Shown: positions 20,832 to 30,800 of the stretch, in pieces
How the letters are laid out: the number at the start of each line of letters is the position of its first letter
Position numbering within the stretch: the stretch's first letter is position 1
Assembly: GCA_963779415.1 (NCBI GenBank)
Contig: CAVZYA010000001.1
Span: forward strand, 1,440,001 to 1,504,000
Length of the DNA: 64,000 nucleotides
From: an uncultured Acidobacteriota bacterium
GTDB lineage: Bacteria; Acidobacteriota; Thermoanaerobaculia; UBA5066
Direction of reading: 5' to 3'
The notes under the pieces: model-generated
The model's database searches: none
Seen by the model: the letters and a program-made list of their open reading frames with translations, nothing else
Told to the model about the DNA's origin: nothing
Program-made: the position numbers and the translations under genes

Positions 20832-20867
20832 TTGACATATCATCTAATGTTCAGTAGATTACTGTCA
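20832..20867 (+). promoter_or_regulatory. sigma70 promoter TTGACA-17-TAGATT with overlapping palindromic operator; leaderless marR
   Basis: TTGACA 20832-37, TAGATT 20855-60, ATG 6 nt later; inverted repeat ATCTAaTG-tt-CAgTAGAT at 20842-20859. Confidence 0.8.
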
Positions 20868-21427
20868 TGTCGCGCGTCTTCGGGCGGCTTGCCGCCGAGC
20901 TCAAGCAGACCCGCCCGTTCCGGTCGCGGCGGCAGGAGGGGGTGCTCGCCCTTCTCCGGACGGCCGACGTCGTCCGGCGCACCGTCTCCGCCGTCATCGA
21001 GCCGAGCGGGATCACCCTCCAGCAGTACAACGTCCTCCGAATCCTCCGCGGGGCCGGCCCCGAGGGCCTGCCGACGCTGGAGATCGCGTCGCGGATGATC
21101 GAATCTTCCCCCGGCATCACGCGGCTTCTCGACCGGCTCGAGGAAAAGAAGCTCGTCGCGCGGGTCCGCTGCCCGAAGGACCGCCGCCAGGTCCTCTGCA
21201 CGGCGACGCCCGAAGCGCTCCGTCTTCTCGCCACGCTCGACGCTCCCGTCCACGAAGCGGACGACGGGGCCCTCCGGATCCTGAGCGACCGGCAGACGGA
21301 CCTCCTGATCGCCCTCCTCGACGCCATCCGTACCGGCCCTGGCTCGCGAAGGGAGTCTGGAGCCTCATCGCCTCGCCGAAGCACGGGAGCCCGAAAGGCG
21401 TCCCGCAATTCCAAGGAGAAGAAATGA
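20867..21427 (+). CDS. MarR family transcriptional regulator
   Basis: 'ITLQQYNVLRILRG', 'ITRLLDRLEEKKLVAR..DRR'. Confidence 0.92.
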   Translation: MSRVFGRLAAELKQTRPFRSRRQEGVLALLRTADVVRRTVSAVIEPSGITLQQYNVLRILRGAGPEGLPTLEIASRMIESSPGITRLLDRLEEKKLVARVRCPKDRRQVLCTATPEALRLLATLDAPVHEADDGALRILSDRQTDLLIALLDAIRTGPGSRRESGASSPRRSTGARKASRNSKEKK

Positions 21428-22044
21428 GAAAGAGCCTCGCCGCCGTCACCCTCGTCCTCCTCGCCGCCGCCCTTCCGGGCACGGCGGCCATTCCCGCCGA
21501 TGCCACCGGCACGTGGAACGTCGACAAGGTCCACTCCGAGATCGGCTTCCAGGTCCGCCACTTCGTCTCGAAGGTGCGCGGCGGTTTCACCGACTTCTCC
21601 GGCGTCCTCAAGATCGACGCCGCGAAGCCCGAAGCCTCGTCCGTCGAGTTCACGATCAAGACCGCGAGCATCAATACGAACGAGCCGAAGCGGGACGCGC
21701 ACCTGAAGTCCCCCGACTTCTTCGACGCCGCGAAGTTCCCCGAAATCAGGTTCGTCAGCAAGAAGGTCGTCCGGAAGTCCGATACGAGCTTCGACGTGGT
21801 CGGCGACCTGACGATGCGCGGCGTGACGAAGGAGGTCACGCTCCCCGCCACCTTCAACGGCATCGTGAAGGATCCCTGGGGCGGCGAGCGGGCCGGATTC
21901 GACACGTCGATCACGCTGAACCGGAAGGACTACGGCATCAACTGGAACAAGGTCCTGGACGAGGGAGGCTACATGCTCGGCGACGAGGTGGCCGTGACGA
22001 TCAGCCTCGAGACGGTCAAGGCGAAGCCCGAGGCCGCGAAGTAA
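21424..22044 (+). CDS. yceI: YceI family (polyisoprenoid-binding) protein
   Basis: Signal peptide; 'DKVHSEIGFQVRH', 'RDAHLKSPDFFD', 'GDLTMRGVTKEV'; ATGA overlap with marR. Confidence 0.93.
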   Translation: MRKSLAAVTLVLLAAALPGTAAIPADATGTWNVDKVHSEIGFQVRHFVSKVRGGFTDFSGVLKIDAAKPEASSVEFTIKTASINTNEPKRDAHLKSPDFFDAAKFPEIRFVSKKVVRKSDTSFDVVGDLTMRGVTKEVTLPATFNGIVKDPWGGERAGFDTSITLNRKDYGINWNKVLDEGGYMLGDEVAVTISLETVKAKPEAAK

Positions 22045-22071
22045 GGCTCCTCCTCTCTTCGTAAGAAAACG

Positions 22072-22097
22072 GGCGGCGGGCCCCCGGGCCCGCCGCC
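22072..22097. terminator. GC-rich hairpin after yceI (putative terminator)
   Basis: GGCGGCGGGCCC-CC-GGGCCCGCCGCC; the U-tract is weak on + and stronger on -. Confidence 0.55.
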
Positions 22098-22211
22098 ATT
22101 CCCCTCCGCCCGGGCGGGGGCCGATCTGCGAAGATCCGCACCGGGGGAGGGCGCCATGGCGGCTGTCGACGGGCTGGTCGTTGCGATCCGGACGGCGGAC
22201 GCGGAAGCCTG

Positions 22212-23669
22212 ATGGTCTTCAGCTCCCAGCTCTTCCTCTTCTACTTTCTTCCCGCGGCCCTTCTGATCTACTTCGCCTCGCCGGGGCGCCGCAGGAACCT
22301 CGTCCTGACGCTCCTCTCCTACCTTTTCTACGGCTGGGCGAACCCGCTCTTCGTCCTCCTGATGCTCGGGACGACGGCCGTGGACTATGCGATCGGCCTC
22401 GTCATCTCCGGGCAGCTCGGAAAGCCCCGGAGCGCCCCCGTTCCGAAGCTGGAGATCGGGGGACCGCGGACGCGCCTCCAGCGCGGCGCGATCGTCGTCT
22501 CGGTCATCACCAACCTCTCGATGCTCGGGTTTTTCAAGTACTTCAACTTCGGCGTCGAGAGCTTCAACGGGCTCGTCCGCGCTCTCGGCCTCTCGGGCGC
22601 CGCCTGGGAGGCGACCTTCCGCGTCACGCTGCCGCTCGGCATCAGCTTCTATACCTTCCAGTCGCTCAGCTACACGATCGACGTCTACCGCGGGGAGGCC
22701 GCGGCGCGCCGGAACTTCACGGACTTCGCCTGCTACGTCTCGATGTTTCCGCATCTGGTGGCGGGCCCGATCGTCCGGTTCCGCGACCTCGCGGACCAGC
22801 TCGTCGGCCGCGTCCATACGCCGGAGCGGTTCGCTCGGGGAATCTCGCTCGTCTGCCTCGGCCTCGCGAAGAAGATCCTGATCGCCAACGCCTGCGGCAA
22901 GGTCGCCGACACCTGTTTCGGCGCCGGCTCGCTCGGGCCCGCCGACGCCTGGTACGGGCTCGTCAGCTACGCATTCCAGATCTACTTCGACTTCAGCGGC
23001 TACTCGGACATCGCCATCGGCCTCGCCCTCCTCTTCGGCTTCATCATCAAGAAGAACTTCGACTCCCCCTACCGTTCGCAGTCGATCACGGAGTTCTGGC
23101 GCCGCTGGCACATCTCGCTCTCCACGTGGCTCCGCGACTATCTCTACGTCCCCCTCGGCGGGAACCGGCGGGGCGTCGGCCGGACCTACGTCAACCTCGC
23201 CATCGTCATGCTTCTCGGGGGCCTCTGGCACGGGGCCTCGTGGACCTTCGTCATCTGGGGCGCGATACACGGCGCGCTCCTCTGCGCCGAGCGATGGCGG
23301 GGGGGGCGCGGGCTCGCCGAGCGGCTCCCCGCGGCCGCGAGGACCGCAGCGACCTTCTTCCTCGTCTCGCTCGCATGGGTCTTCTTCCGCGCGGCGGACC
23401 TTCCTTCGGCCGTCCGCTATCTCGGGAACCTGTTCGGCGTCGGAAGGGTCCAGGAAGGGAGCGGCCTCGTCGCGGGGCTCATCTACCGCCCCTACTACCT
23501 CCTGACCTTCGCGGCGGCCGCCCTGATCGTCTGGCGGTTTCCCCAGGCGTGGGACTTCACCCGGAACCTGACCCGGTGGAAGGCGCTCGCGTGCCTCGCG
23601 GCTCTCGCTCTGGCGGTTCTGGCTCTCATGACCCAGTCGTACAACCCGTTCATCTATTTCATCTTCTGA
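22212..23669 (+). CDS. algI: MBOAT O-acyltransferase, AlgI/PatA type
   Basis: 'MVFSS..F', 'LPLGISFYTFQ', 'QIYFDFSGYSD', 'FWRRWHISLSTWLRDYLYVPLGG', 'GLWHG', and C-terminal 'PFIYFIF'. Confidence 0.92.
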   Translation: MVFSSQLFLFYFLPAALLIYFASPGRRRNLVLTLLSYLFYGWANPLFVLLMLGTTAVDYAIGLVISGQLGKPRSAPVPKLEIGGPRTRLQRGAIVVSVITNLSMLGFFKYFNFGVESFNGLVRALGLSGAAWEATFRVTLPLGISFYTFQSLSYTIDVYRGEAAARRNFTDFACYVSMFPHLVAGPIVRFRDLADQLVGRVHTPERFARGISLVCLGLAKKILIANACGKVADTCFGAGSLGPADAWYGLVSYAFQIYFDFSGYSDIAIGLALLFGFIIKKNFDSPYRSQSITEFWRRWHISLSTWLRDYLYVPLGGNRRGVGRTYVNLAIVMLLGGLWHGASWTFVIWGAIHGALLCAERWRGGRGLAERLPAAARTAATFFLVSLAWVFFRAADLPSAVRYLGNLFGVGRVQEGSGLVAGLIYRPYYLLTFAAAALIVWRFPQAWDFTRNLTRWKALACLAALALAVLALMTQSYNPFIYFIF

Positions 23670-23680
23670 AAGGACGCGGC

Positions 23681-26542
23681 GTGCCTTCCTCTTCATCCCG
23701 TCCGAATCCGTACGAGGCGGCCTTCCGCGAGATCGGCAGGACCTCTTTCGGACGCGGCGTGAAGACGTCTCTCATCGTCTTCTTCCTCGCGCTGATCTCG
23801 ACGGGCCTCGTCCTCGAGGAAGGAGCCGGAGCGTGGAGCCGGACAGGGGGCGACGCCGCTTCCCCGCCACGTTTCGCGGATTTCGTGAGGAGCCTGCCGG
23901 GACGGGCCGAGGTCCGCTACCTCTTCGGCGGGCCGCTTCCACCTTCGATGGCCGATCTCGCGCCGGCGCCGGTGGCCGGAGCATGGGGCCGCCTGACGCG
24001 CGTCAACGCGCGATTGCTCGAGGGGATGACCGATTTCGAGAACGCGCTCGGCAACCGCTCGGTTCTCGCCGTCTCCCTCCGCCCCTTCGTTCAGGAGATT
24101 CTGACGGGGGCGCTCGGCGTCGGAAACGAAAAAGCCTGGTGCGGACGCGAGGGGTGGCTCTTCTTCCCTGCAAGCGTGTCGTACCTGACGGGACGTCCCT
24201 TCCTCGATCCGGATCTCCTCGAAAGGCGCGCGCTCGGAGGACACGCCTGGGAGACGGCTCCGCGCCCGGATCCCGTCCCGGCGATCCTGGGGTTCGCGCG
24301 GGAGCTCTCCTCGCGCGGCATCGCTCTCGTCATCATGCCGACACCGGAGAAGCCGATGGTCCAGCCCGGCCGCTTCACGGCCCGGTACGAAGGGTGGAGC
24401 GGACCGCTGCAGAACCCTTCCTTTGCGGGGTTCCGGCGACTCCTCGAGGCGGAAGGCGTCCGCGTCTTCGACCCGGCGCCGGCCCTCTCCGCGGAGTCGC
24501 GAGCGACGGGACGCCCCGTCTTTCTCCGGACGGACACGCACTGGACTCCCGGAGGGATGGAGAGGGCCGCCCGGGAGCTGGCCGGTTTCCTCCGGGGCGA
24601 GCGTCTGCTGCCGAAGGAAGGCCCGCGGCGCGCCTTCGTCCGTAAGGAGACGATCGTCGAGAACCGGGGAGATCTCTCGGCGATGCTCGACCTCCCCGCC
24701 CGGATGGCCGCGGGAGAGAAGGAGCGAGTGGTCATCCGGCAGGTCACGCTCCGCGGCGGCGAGGCGTGGCGGAGCGAACCCGAAGCGGAGATCCTGCTGC
24801 TCGGCGACAGCTTCAGCAACATCTATCACCTCGCCGGAATGAGATGGGGGACGGGCGCGGGGTTCGCCGAGCATCTCGGGGCCGAGCTGGGCCGCCCGCT
24901 CGACGCGATTCTGCGAAACGACTCGGGCGCCTTCGCCACGCGCGAGGAGCTCGCGCTCGAAAGGGCGCGCGGCGTCGACCGCCTCGCGGGAAAGAAGCTC
25001 GTCATCTGGCAGTTCGCGGATCGCGAGCTGTCGCAGGGGGACTGGAAGACGGAATTCCCGCGGGTGGCGACGTCGGTCGCGTCCGCGCCGCCGGCCCCCG
25101 CCGGGACGATCCGGGTCCGTGGACGGATCGCGGCGATCGCGCCGGCGCCGGCAGCGGGCTCGGTTGCCTACGGCGACTGCTACATCCCGATCCAGCTCGA
25201 AGACGTCACCGCCGTCGAAGGGCCGAAACCGGCTCCTTCGATCGTCGTTTTCGTCTGGGGGATGCTCGACTTCCGTTCGACGAAAGAGAACCAGCTCCGG
25301 GTGGGAGAGACGATGGAGCTCTCGCTCCGCCCCTTCTCCGAGGTGGCCGGGCGGTATGGAAGCTATCGGCACCTCGAGTTCACCGACGCGGCGCGCCTCG
25401 CCCTTCCGGTCTACTGGGGCGACACCCGCGAGCCGGGAGGCGGTGAGGCCGCGGGCCCCGCCGCCACTCGCGGCGGCGCTGCGGGGGAAACGTCGCCGTT
25501 CCCCCGCCCGACCGGCGCCCCTGAAAAGCTCGCGGTCCCCGAGGGATTCCCCGTCGACGGAATTCTCGCCGCTCTCCGGCGGCGGGCCGAGGAGGCCGAG
25601 GCGAAGGACGAGGCCGTCGTCCGGGGCCATGACGGATGGCTCTTCCTCGCGGAGGAGCTGCACCACCTCGGCGCGGGGCCGTTCTGGGGCGAGGCGGCCC
25701 GTCGCGCGAGTCGGGCGAGCAATCCGGAGGTCGCGGACCCGCTCCCGGCCATCGTCGATTTCAAGAGGCAGCTCGACGCGCTCGGCATCGATCTCGTGGT
25801 CGTCCCCGTGCCGCCAAAGGCCGTGATCTACCCGGACGCCCTCCTCGATCTCCCGATCCCGCCGGGCGGAACCCTCCCCCGTCTCGACGTGAACCTGCAG
25901 GAGTTCTACCGGCGCCTCGCCGCGGAAGGGGTCAAGGTCCTCGATCTCGTTCCGCTCCTCCTCGAGCACCGTCTCGACGCCGCCGGGACGGTCTTCTGCA
26001 AGGAGGACTCGCACTGGTCGCCCCGGGCGACCGCTCTGTCGGCGCGGTGGATCGCGAGCGCCGTCCCGAAGCGTCCGTGGCTTCAGGAAATTCCGCGCGA
26101 GAGCTTCGCCATGAGGCCGGCAGTTCTCTCCCTCGAGGGAGACCTTCGCGGCTTCCTCGGCGGAGCCGGGCCGGCGGAGCGGCTTCCCTCCTTCCGCGTG
26201 GGGCGCCTCGGCCCCGGAGGTCTCGCGCCCGTCGAGCCTTCCCGGGCGAGCCCCGTTCTTCTCCTCGGCGACAGCAACGCCCTCGTCTTCCACGTCGGCG
26301 GCGACCCCCGGGACGCCGGCTCGGGACTTCCGGATCACCTCGCGCGGGAGTTCGGATTCCCCATGGATCTCGTCGCCGTGCGCGGGTCCGGAGCGACCGC
26401 GGCGCGTGTTAGCCTTCTCCGGCGAAACGATGGTCTCGAAGGGAAGCGGCTGGTGATCTGGTGCTTCGCGGCACGTCTCTTCACCGAAAGCCCCGAGGGA
26501 TGGGCACGGGTACCGTTGACAGGCGCCAAGCCGTCCCGATGA
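23681..26542 (+). CDS. Tandem AlgJ/AlgX-like SGNH O-acetyltransferase (two catalytic domains + central beta domain)
   Basis: N-terminal TM. Domain 1: 'GREGWLF..RTDTHWT..LLGDSF'. Domain 2: 'GHDGWLF..KEDSHWS..LLGDSN'. Start GTG 23681. Confidence 0.85.
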   Translation: MPSSSSRPNPYEAAFREIGRTSFGRGVKTSLIVFFLALISTGLVLEEGAGAWSRTGGDAASPPRFADFVRSLPGRAEVRYLFGGPLPPSMADLAPAPVAGAWGRLTRVNARLLEGMTDFENALGNRSVLAVSLRPFVQEILTGALGVGNEKAWCGREGWLFFPASVSYLTGRPFLDPDLLERRALGGHAWETAPRPDPVPAILGFARELSSRGIALVIMPTPEKPMVQPGRFTARYEGWSGPLQNPSFAGFRRLLEAEGVRVFDPAPALSAESRATGRPVFLRTDTHWTPGGMERAARELAGFLRGERLLPKEGPRRAFVRKETIVENRGDLSAMLDLPARMAAGEKERVVIRQVTLRGGEAWRSEPEAEILLLGDSFSNIYHLAGMRWGTGAGFAEHLGAELGRPLDAILRNDSGAFATREELALERARGVDRLAGKKLVIWQFADRELSQGDWKTEFPRVATSVASAPPAPAGTIRVRGRIAAIAPAPAAGSVAYGDCYIPIQLEDVTAVEGPKPAPSIVVFVWGMLDFRSTKENQLRVGETMELSLRPFSEVAGRYGSYRHLEFTDAARLALPVYWGDTREPGGGEAAGPAATRGGAAGETSPFPRPTGAPEKLAVPEGFPVDGILAALRRRAEEAEAKDEAVVRGHDGWLFLAEELHHLGAGPFWGEAARRASRASNPEVADPLPAIVDFKRQLDALGIDLVVVPVPPKAVIYPDALLDLPIPPGGTLPRLDVNLQEFYRRLAAEGVKVLDLVPLLLEHRLDAAGTVFCKEDSHWSPRATALSARWIASAVPKRPWLQEIPRESFAMRPAVLSLEGDLRGFLGGAGPAERLPSFRVGRLGPGGLAPVEPSRASPVLLLGDSNALVFHVGGDPRDAGSGLPDHLAREFGFPMDLVAVRGSGATAARVSLLRRNDGLEGKRLVIWCFAARLFTESPEGWARVPLTGAKPSR

Positions 26543-28011
26543 GACTCCCCCGGCTCCGGATTCTCGCGGCGCTCGCCGCCGCCGTGATCGCGGCGCTGGA
26601 CGTCTCGGCCTGCCGGAAGTCCGTGCCGCCCGCGCCTCCCTCGGCGTCTCCGGCTCCCGCCGCCGGCCGAGCCGTCCTGACGGCGGAGGTCCTGAAGAGC
26701 TCGCGGCTTCCCGATCCCTCGCGCGCGCCGTACCCGGACTGCCTGACCGTCCTGAAGGTCCGGGCCGTCGCGATCGAGTCGGGGGGACCCCTCCCGGACG
26801 AGTTCCTCGTCGCCGCATGGGGCTTCCGGGACCGGGTTCTCCAGGCACCCGCCGGCTTCGCAGCCGGAGACCGCCTTCGCCTCGAGCTGAAGCCGTTCCG
26901 GGATGTCCCGCCCGAGATCGAGCGGATCCAGCAGGTCGACGACGTCCGGGAGTTTCAGCTCCCTCTTTACTGGGCCGTGTCGGCGGAGAAGATCCCGCAG
27001 GGAGGCGCGGCGGCCTCCCGCGCGGCCTCGATGAAGTCCGACATCGATCGGATCGAGGCGGACTTGAAGCGCCACGGCGGCGACTGGGAGAGATGGCACC
27101 AGTCTCTCGAGCCCCTCCGAAGGGATCTGGCCGCGCGTGCCGGGTCGGGCCACGGCATCATCGTGCAGGGCTCCCGCTGCCTCGCCTCGCCGGAAAGCCT
27201 CGCCTACCGCCTGGGCCCGGCGGCCTTCACGCCCGAGCCCGCCGTCCGGATGCTCGTCCGTCTCCGCGACGATCTGAAGAAGCGCGGCGCGGATCTCATC
27301 GTCCTTCCGATGCCGTCCAAGGAGCTCGCTCTCGCTCCTTTCCTCTCGGCGAACGCGCCTTCAGACCGGATCGTCGCGCCGTACTACGAAGCCGTCACTC
27401 TCGACCTCCTCGAGCACGACATCGAAACGGTGGACGTTCTGCCGGAGTGGATCCGCGCCGTCGAGGAGGGGGAAACCGTCTTCCACGCCGCACCGGACGT
27501 TCACCCGGCCGACGCCGGCGTCCGGATTGCAGCGCGCGCCCTCGCACGACGGCTGGCCCGGTACGGCTTTCCGCCGGAGGCGCCCCCCGGGGGCTTCGCG
27601 ACCCGGAAGGTCTCCTTCACGGTTCCGACCGGAGCAACGGGCTTCCCTCCCGGATTCAGGGCCGAGGCGACGCAGGTCCTCGGCGCGGACGGCTCGCCGA
27701 TCGAGACTCCCCCCGACTCCCCGATCCTCATCATCGGCGACTGCTTCGTCCTGGTCCCCGACGAGCTCCGGGTCGCCGGAGCGAACCTTCCGTCGCAGCT
27801 CGCGAAGGAGATCGGAGTCCGGCCGACGATCCTCGCGGAATCCGGCGGCGCCGCACGGATCATGGTGAAGCTCTCCCGGAAGGGGGCGGGGTTCCTGAGC
27901 CACCGGCGCGTCGTCGTCTTCGTCTGCTACGCCGACTATTTCTTCGTGCCGTGGGAGGGGGACCCGGGCGGGGCGCGCGACTGGGTCGTGATCGACCTTC
28001 CCGAGAACTGA
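26539..28011 (+). CDS. AlgX/AlgJ-like SGNH-fold lipoprotein, variant active site
   Basis: Lipobox VSA-C; 'LIVLPMPSK', 'APDVHP', 'IIGDCF'; ATGA overlap with the previous gene. Confidence 0.75.
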   Translation: MRLPRLRILAALAAAVIAALDVSACRKSVPPAPPSASPAPAAGRAVLTAEVLKSSRLPDPSRAPYPDCLTVLKVRAVAIESGGPLPDEFLVAAWGFRDRVLQAPAGFAAGDRLRLELKPFRDVPPEIERIQQVDDVREFQLPLYWAVSAEKIPQGGAAASRAASMKSDIDRIEADLKRHGGDWERWHQSLEPLRRDLAARAGSGHGIIVQGSRCLASPESLAYRLGPAAFTPEPAVRMLVRLRDDLKKRGADLIVLPMPSKELALAPFLSANAPSDRIVAPYYEAVTLDLLEHDIETVDVLPEWIRAVEEGETVFHAAPDVHPADAGVRIAARALARRLARYGFPPEAPPGGFATRKVSFTVPTGATGFPPGFRAEATQVLGADGSPIETPPDSPILIIGDCFVLVPDELRVAGANLPSQLAKEIGVRPTILAESGGAARIMVKLSRKGAGFLSHRRVVVFVCYADYFFVPWEGDPGGARDWVVIDLPEN

Positions 28012-29670
28012 CTACCGGCCCCGGAAGACGACCTCCCCTCCGACGACCGTCGCGAGGATCTTCGCCTTCGGGATCTCCGCGGCCGAAAGGGCGTCCGAGA
28101 CGATGTCGCGGTCGAGAACGGTCAGGTCGGCGTCGAAGCCGGCCGCGATCCGCCCGCGGCGCGACTCGGCGAACTCCGCGTAGGCCGCGTCCTCGGTGAA
28201 GAGCCGGAGCGCCTCGCGGCGCGTCAGCCTCTGGTCCGGATACCAGCCGCCCGGCGGCTTCCCCTCGAGGTCCTGGCGTGTGACGGCCGCATAGATGCCG
28301 AGGAGCGGCGACTCGCGCTCGACCGGAAAATCGCTTCCCCCCGCGAGCCGCACCCCGGCCGCGAGAAATCGCCGCCAGGCATACGCGCCCCGGATCCGTT
28401 CCGGGCCGACCCGTGCCTCGGCCCAAACCATGTCGGACGTGGCGTGCGTCGGCTGCATCGACGCGATGACGCCGAGCTTCGCGAAACGCGGGATGTCGTC
28501 CAGGGCCACAACCTGCGCGTGCTCGATCCGGAAGCGCGGGTCCTTCGGCTTCGCGACGGCGAACGCCTTCTCGTAGGCGTCGAGGACGAGGCGGTTCCCG
28601 CGGTCGCCGATCGCGTGCGTCCAGAGCTGCCAGCCGGCCCTCGCGCAGGCGAGCGCGATCTCCTCCATCTTTCCGGGAGGCGTCACGAGAAGCCCCCGGT
28701 TTCCCGGGTCGTCGCTGTAGTCGGCGAGAAGCGCCGCCCCGCGCGACCCGAGGGCCCCGTCGGCGTACATCTTGACCGCGCGGACCGTGAGCCGCCCGTC
28801 GGCGACCGGCCCCTCCGAGAGAATCGACGCGAAGTCCTTCGTCTCGGCCCCGACCGTCGCGTAAATCCGGATCGGGAGCGCCTTCTCGCGGGCCATCGCA
28901 CGGAGGACTTCGAGCCCGCTGCGGCCGAAGCCGCTCGCGTCGCCGACGCCCGTGAGCCCCGACTCCGCCGCCGCTTTCATCCCCACGGCGAGGGTGTGGC
29001 GCCGGGCGGCCGGGCCCGGCTCGCCGATCGCCTTCACGACGAGCGCCTCCGCGTTGTCGATGAAGATCCCCGTCGGGGCTCCGGAGGGGGAGCGGACGAT
29101 CTTCCCGCCATCCGGGTCCTTCGTCGACGGGGTCACCCCGGCCCGCATCATCGCGAGGCTGTTCACCCAGAGGGCGTGGCCGTCGACGCGCGTGAGGAGG
29201 ACGGGGTGTCCCGGAGCGACGGCGTCGATCTCCGCGGCCGTCGGAAACGACTTTCCCTTCCAGAGGTTCTGGTCCCAGCTCCGCCCGCGAATCCACTCCC
29301 CTTCCGGCGTCCGCGCCGCGGCGGCCTTCACGAGTGAGAGGATCTCCTCCTTCGACCGGTCGCGAAGGTCGAGGCTCTCCTTCGACATCCCGAGCCCCGG
29401 GACATGCGCGTGGGCGTCGACGAAGCCGGGATAGACGACGGCTCCCGGAAGCTCCAGCACCTTCGCGCCGGGAGCCTTCCTCCGGGCCTCGGATTCATCG
29501 CCGACGAAGGCGATCTTCCCCTCCACGGCGAGAACGGCGGCGCGTCGGGGCGCGGCGTCCCACGACGTGTAAACGGTGGCACCGGTCAGAAGAAGCGGGG
29601 CGTCATTCGCGAGCGCGGAAGAGGGCACGAACGCACCTCCGAGCAGAAAGAGGACCGCGAGGGATCTCAT
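28012..29670 (-). CDS. Amidohydrolase, YtcJ-like (Amidohydro_3), secreted
   Basis: 'PGFVDAHAH', 'KMYADGALGSRGA', 'HAIGD', 'RIEHAQ', 'GSDFP'. Confidence 0.92.
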   Translation of the reverse strand: MRSLAVLFLLGGAFVPSSALANDAPLLLTGATVYTSWDAAPRRAAVLAVEGKIAFVGDESEARRKAPGAKVLELPGAVVYPGFVDAHAHVPGLGMSKESLDLRDRSKEEILSLVKAAAARTPEGEWIRGRSWDQNLWKGKSFPTAAEIDAVAPGHPVLLTRVDGHALWVNSLAMMRAGVTPSTKDPDGGKIVRSPSGAPTGIFIDNAEALVVKAIGEPGPAARRHTLAVGMKAAAESGLTGVGDASGFGRSGLEVLRAMAREKALPIRIYATVGAETKDFASILSEGPVADGRLTVRAVKMYADGALGSRGAALLADYSDDPGNRGLLVTPPGKMEEIALACARAGWQLWTHAIGDRGNRLVLDAYEKAFAVAKPKDPRFRIEHAQVVALDDIPRFAKLGVIASMQPTHATSDMVWAEARVGPERIRGAYAWRRFLAAGVRLAGGSDFPVERESPLLGIYAAVTRQDLEGKPPGGWYPDQRLTRREALRLFTEDAAYAEFAESRRGRIAAGFDADLTVLDRDIVSDALSAAEIPKAKILATVVGGEVVFRGR

Positions 29671-29741
29671 GACGCGAGATTCTCACAGAGTCGGGCGCGC
29701 CCGTCTCCCGGCCTGTCGTACTCTCGAGGGTGAGGTCCCGC

Positions 29742-30779
29742 ATGCGCGCCCTCCGCCTACACCGTCCCGCCCCGGTCACCGAGCGCCCCCTTCGCCTCGA
29801 ACAGCTCCCCGTTCCCGAGCCCGGCCCCGGAGAAGTCCTTCTCCGCGTCTCCGCGTGCGGCATCTGCCGGACGGACCTTCACGTCGTCGAAGGAGAGCTG
29901 CCGGTCCGGAAGTCGCCCGTCACGCCGGGGCATCAGGTGGTCGGCACGGTCGAACGATGCGGGGCCGGGGCGGCCCTCCGTCCGGGCCTTCGCGCCGGGA
30001 TCGCATGGCTTCACCGGACCTGCGGCACCTGCCGTTTCTGCACGTCAGGGCGCGAGAACCTCTGCGAAACGCCGGAGTTCACCGGATGGACGACCGACGG
30101 CGGCTTCGCCGATTACGCGGTCGCCCCCGCGGAGTTCGTCTACGAGCTGCCGGAAGGCTTCGGGGACCTCGCCGCCGCACCGCTCCTCTGCGCCGGGATC
30201 ATCGGCTTCCGCGCGCTGAAGCTGACGGGCCTCTCAGATCCTCCGTTCTCGTGGGCCGGAGCGCGCCTCGGCCTTTACGGCTTCGGCGCCGCGGGGCACG
30301 TCGCTATCCAGATCGCACGCGCGCGCGGCGCCGAGGTCTACGTCATGACGCGCGACCGCGACCGCCATCAGGCCCTCGCCGCCGAGCTGGGGGCCGTCTG
30401 GGTCGGCGGCGCCGCCGACGCTCCCCCGGCGAAGCTGGACGCCGCCGTCATCTTCGCCCCGGCGGGCGAGCTGATCCCGGCGGCCCTCGCGGCTCTCGAC
30501 AAGGGAGGGACGCTCGTCCTCGGCGGCATCCACATGAGCGACACGCCACCGATCCCCTACGAGCTTCTCTACCGCGAGCGGGTCGTCCGGAGCGTCGCCA
30601 ACAACACGCGGGAGGACGGCCGCGAGTTCCTCCTGGAGGCCGCGCGCCTCCGGATCGAGACCCACGTGCAGACCTTCGCCCTCGAGGCGGCGAACGACGC
30701 CCTCATCGCCCTCAAGCACGACGCCATCAAGGGGGCGGGCGTGTTGACGACGGGGACTGCGGGAGAGAGCCGATCGTGA
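29742..30779 (+). CDS. Zinc-dependent alcohol dehydrogenase family protein
   Basis: 'CGICRTDLH', 'GHQ', 'CGTCRFC..ENLC', 'GLYGFGAAG'. Confidence 0.93.
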   Translation: MRALRLHRPAPVTERPLRLEQLPVPEPGPGEVLLRVSACGICRTDLHVVEGELPVRKSPVTPGHQVVGTVERCGAGAALRPGLRAGIAWLHRTCGTCRFCTSGRENLCETPEFTGWTTDGGFADYAVAPAEFVYELPEGFGDLAAAPLLCAGIIGFRALKLTGLSDPPFSWAGARLGLYGFGAAGHVAIQIARARGAEVYVMTRDRDRHQALAAELGAVWVGGAADAPPAKLDAAVIFAPAGELIPAALAALDKGGTLVLGGIHMSDTPPIPYELLYRERVVRSVANNTREDGREFLLEAARLRIETHVQTFALEAANDALIALKHDAIKGAGVLTTGTAGESRS

Positions 30780-30800
30780 GGAGCCGCGGGTCGCACGCCG

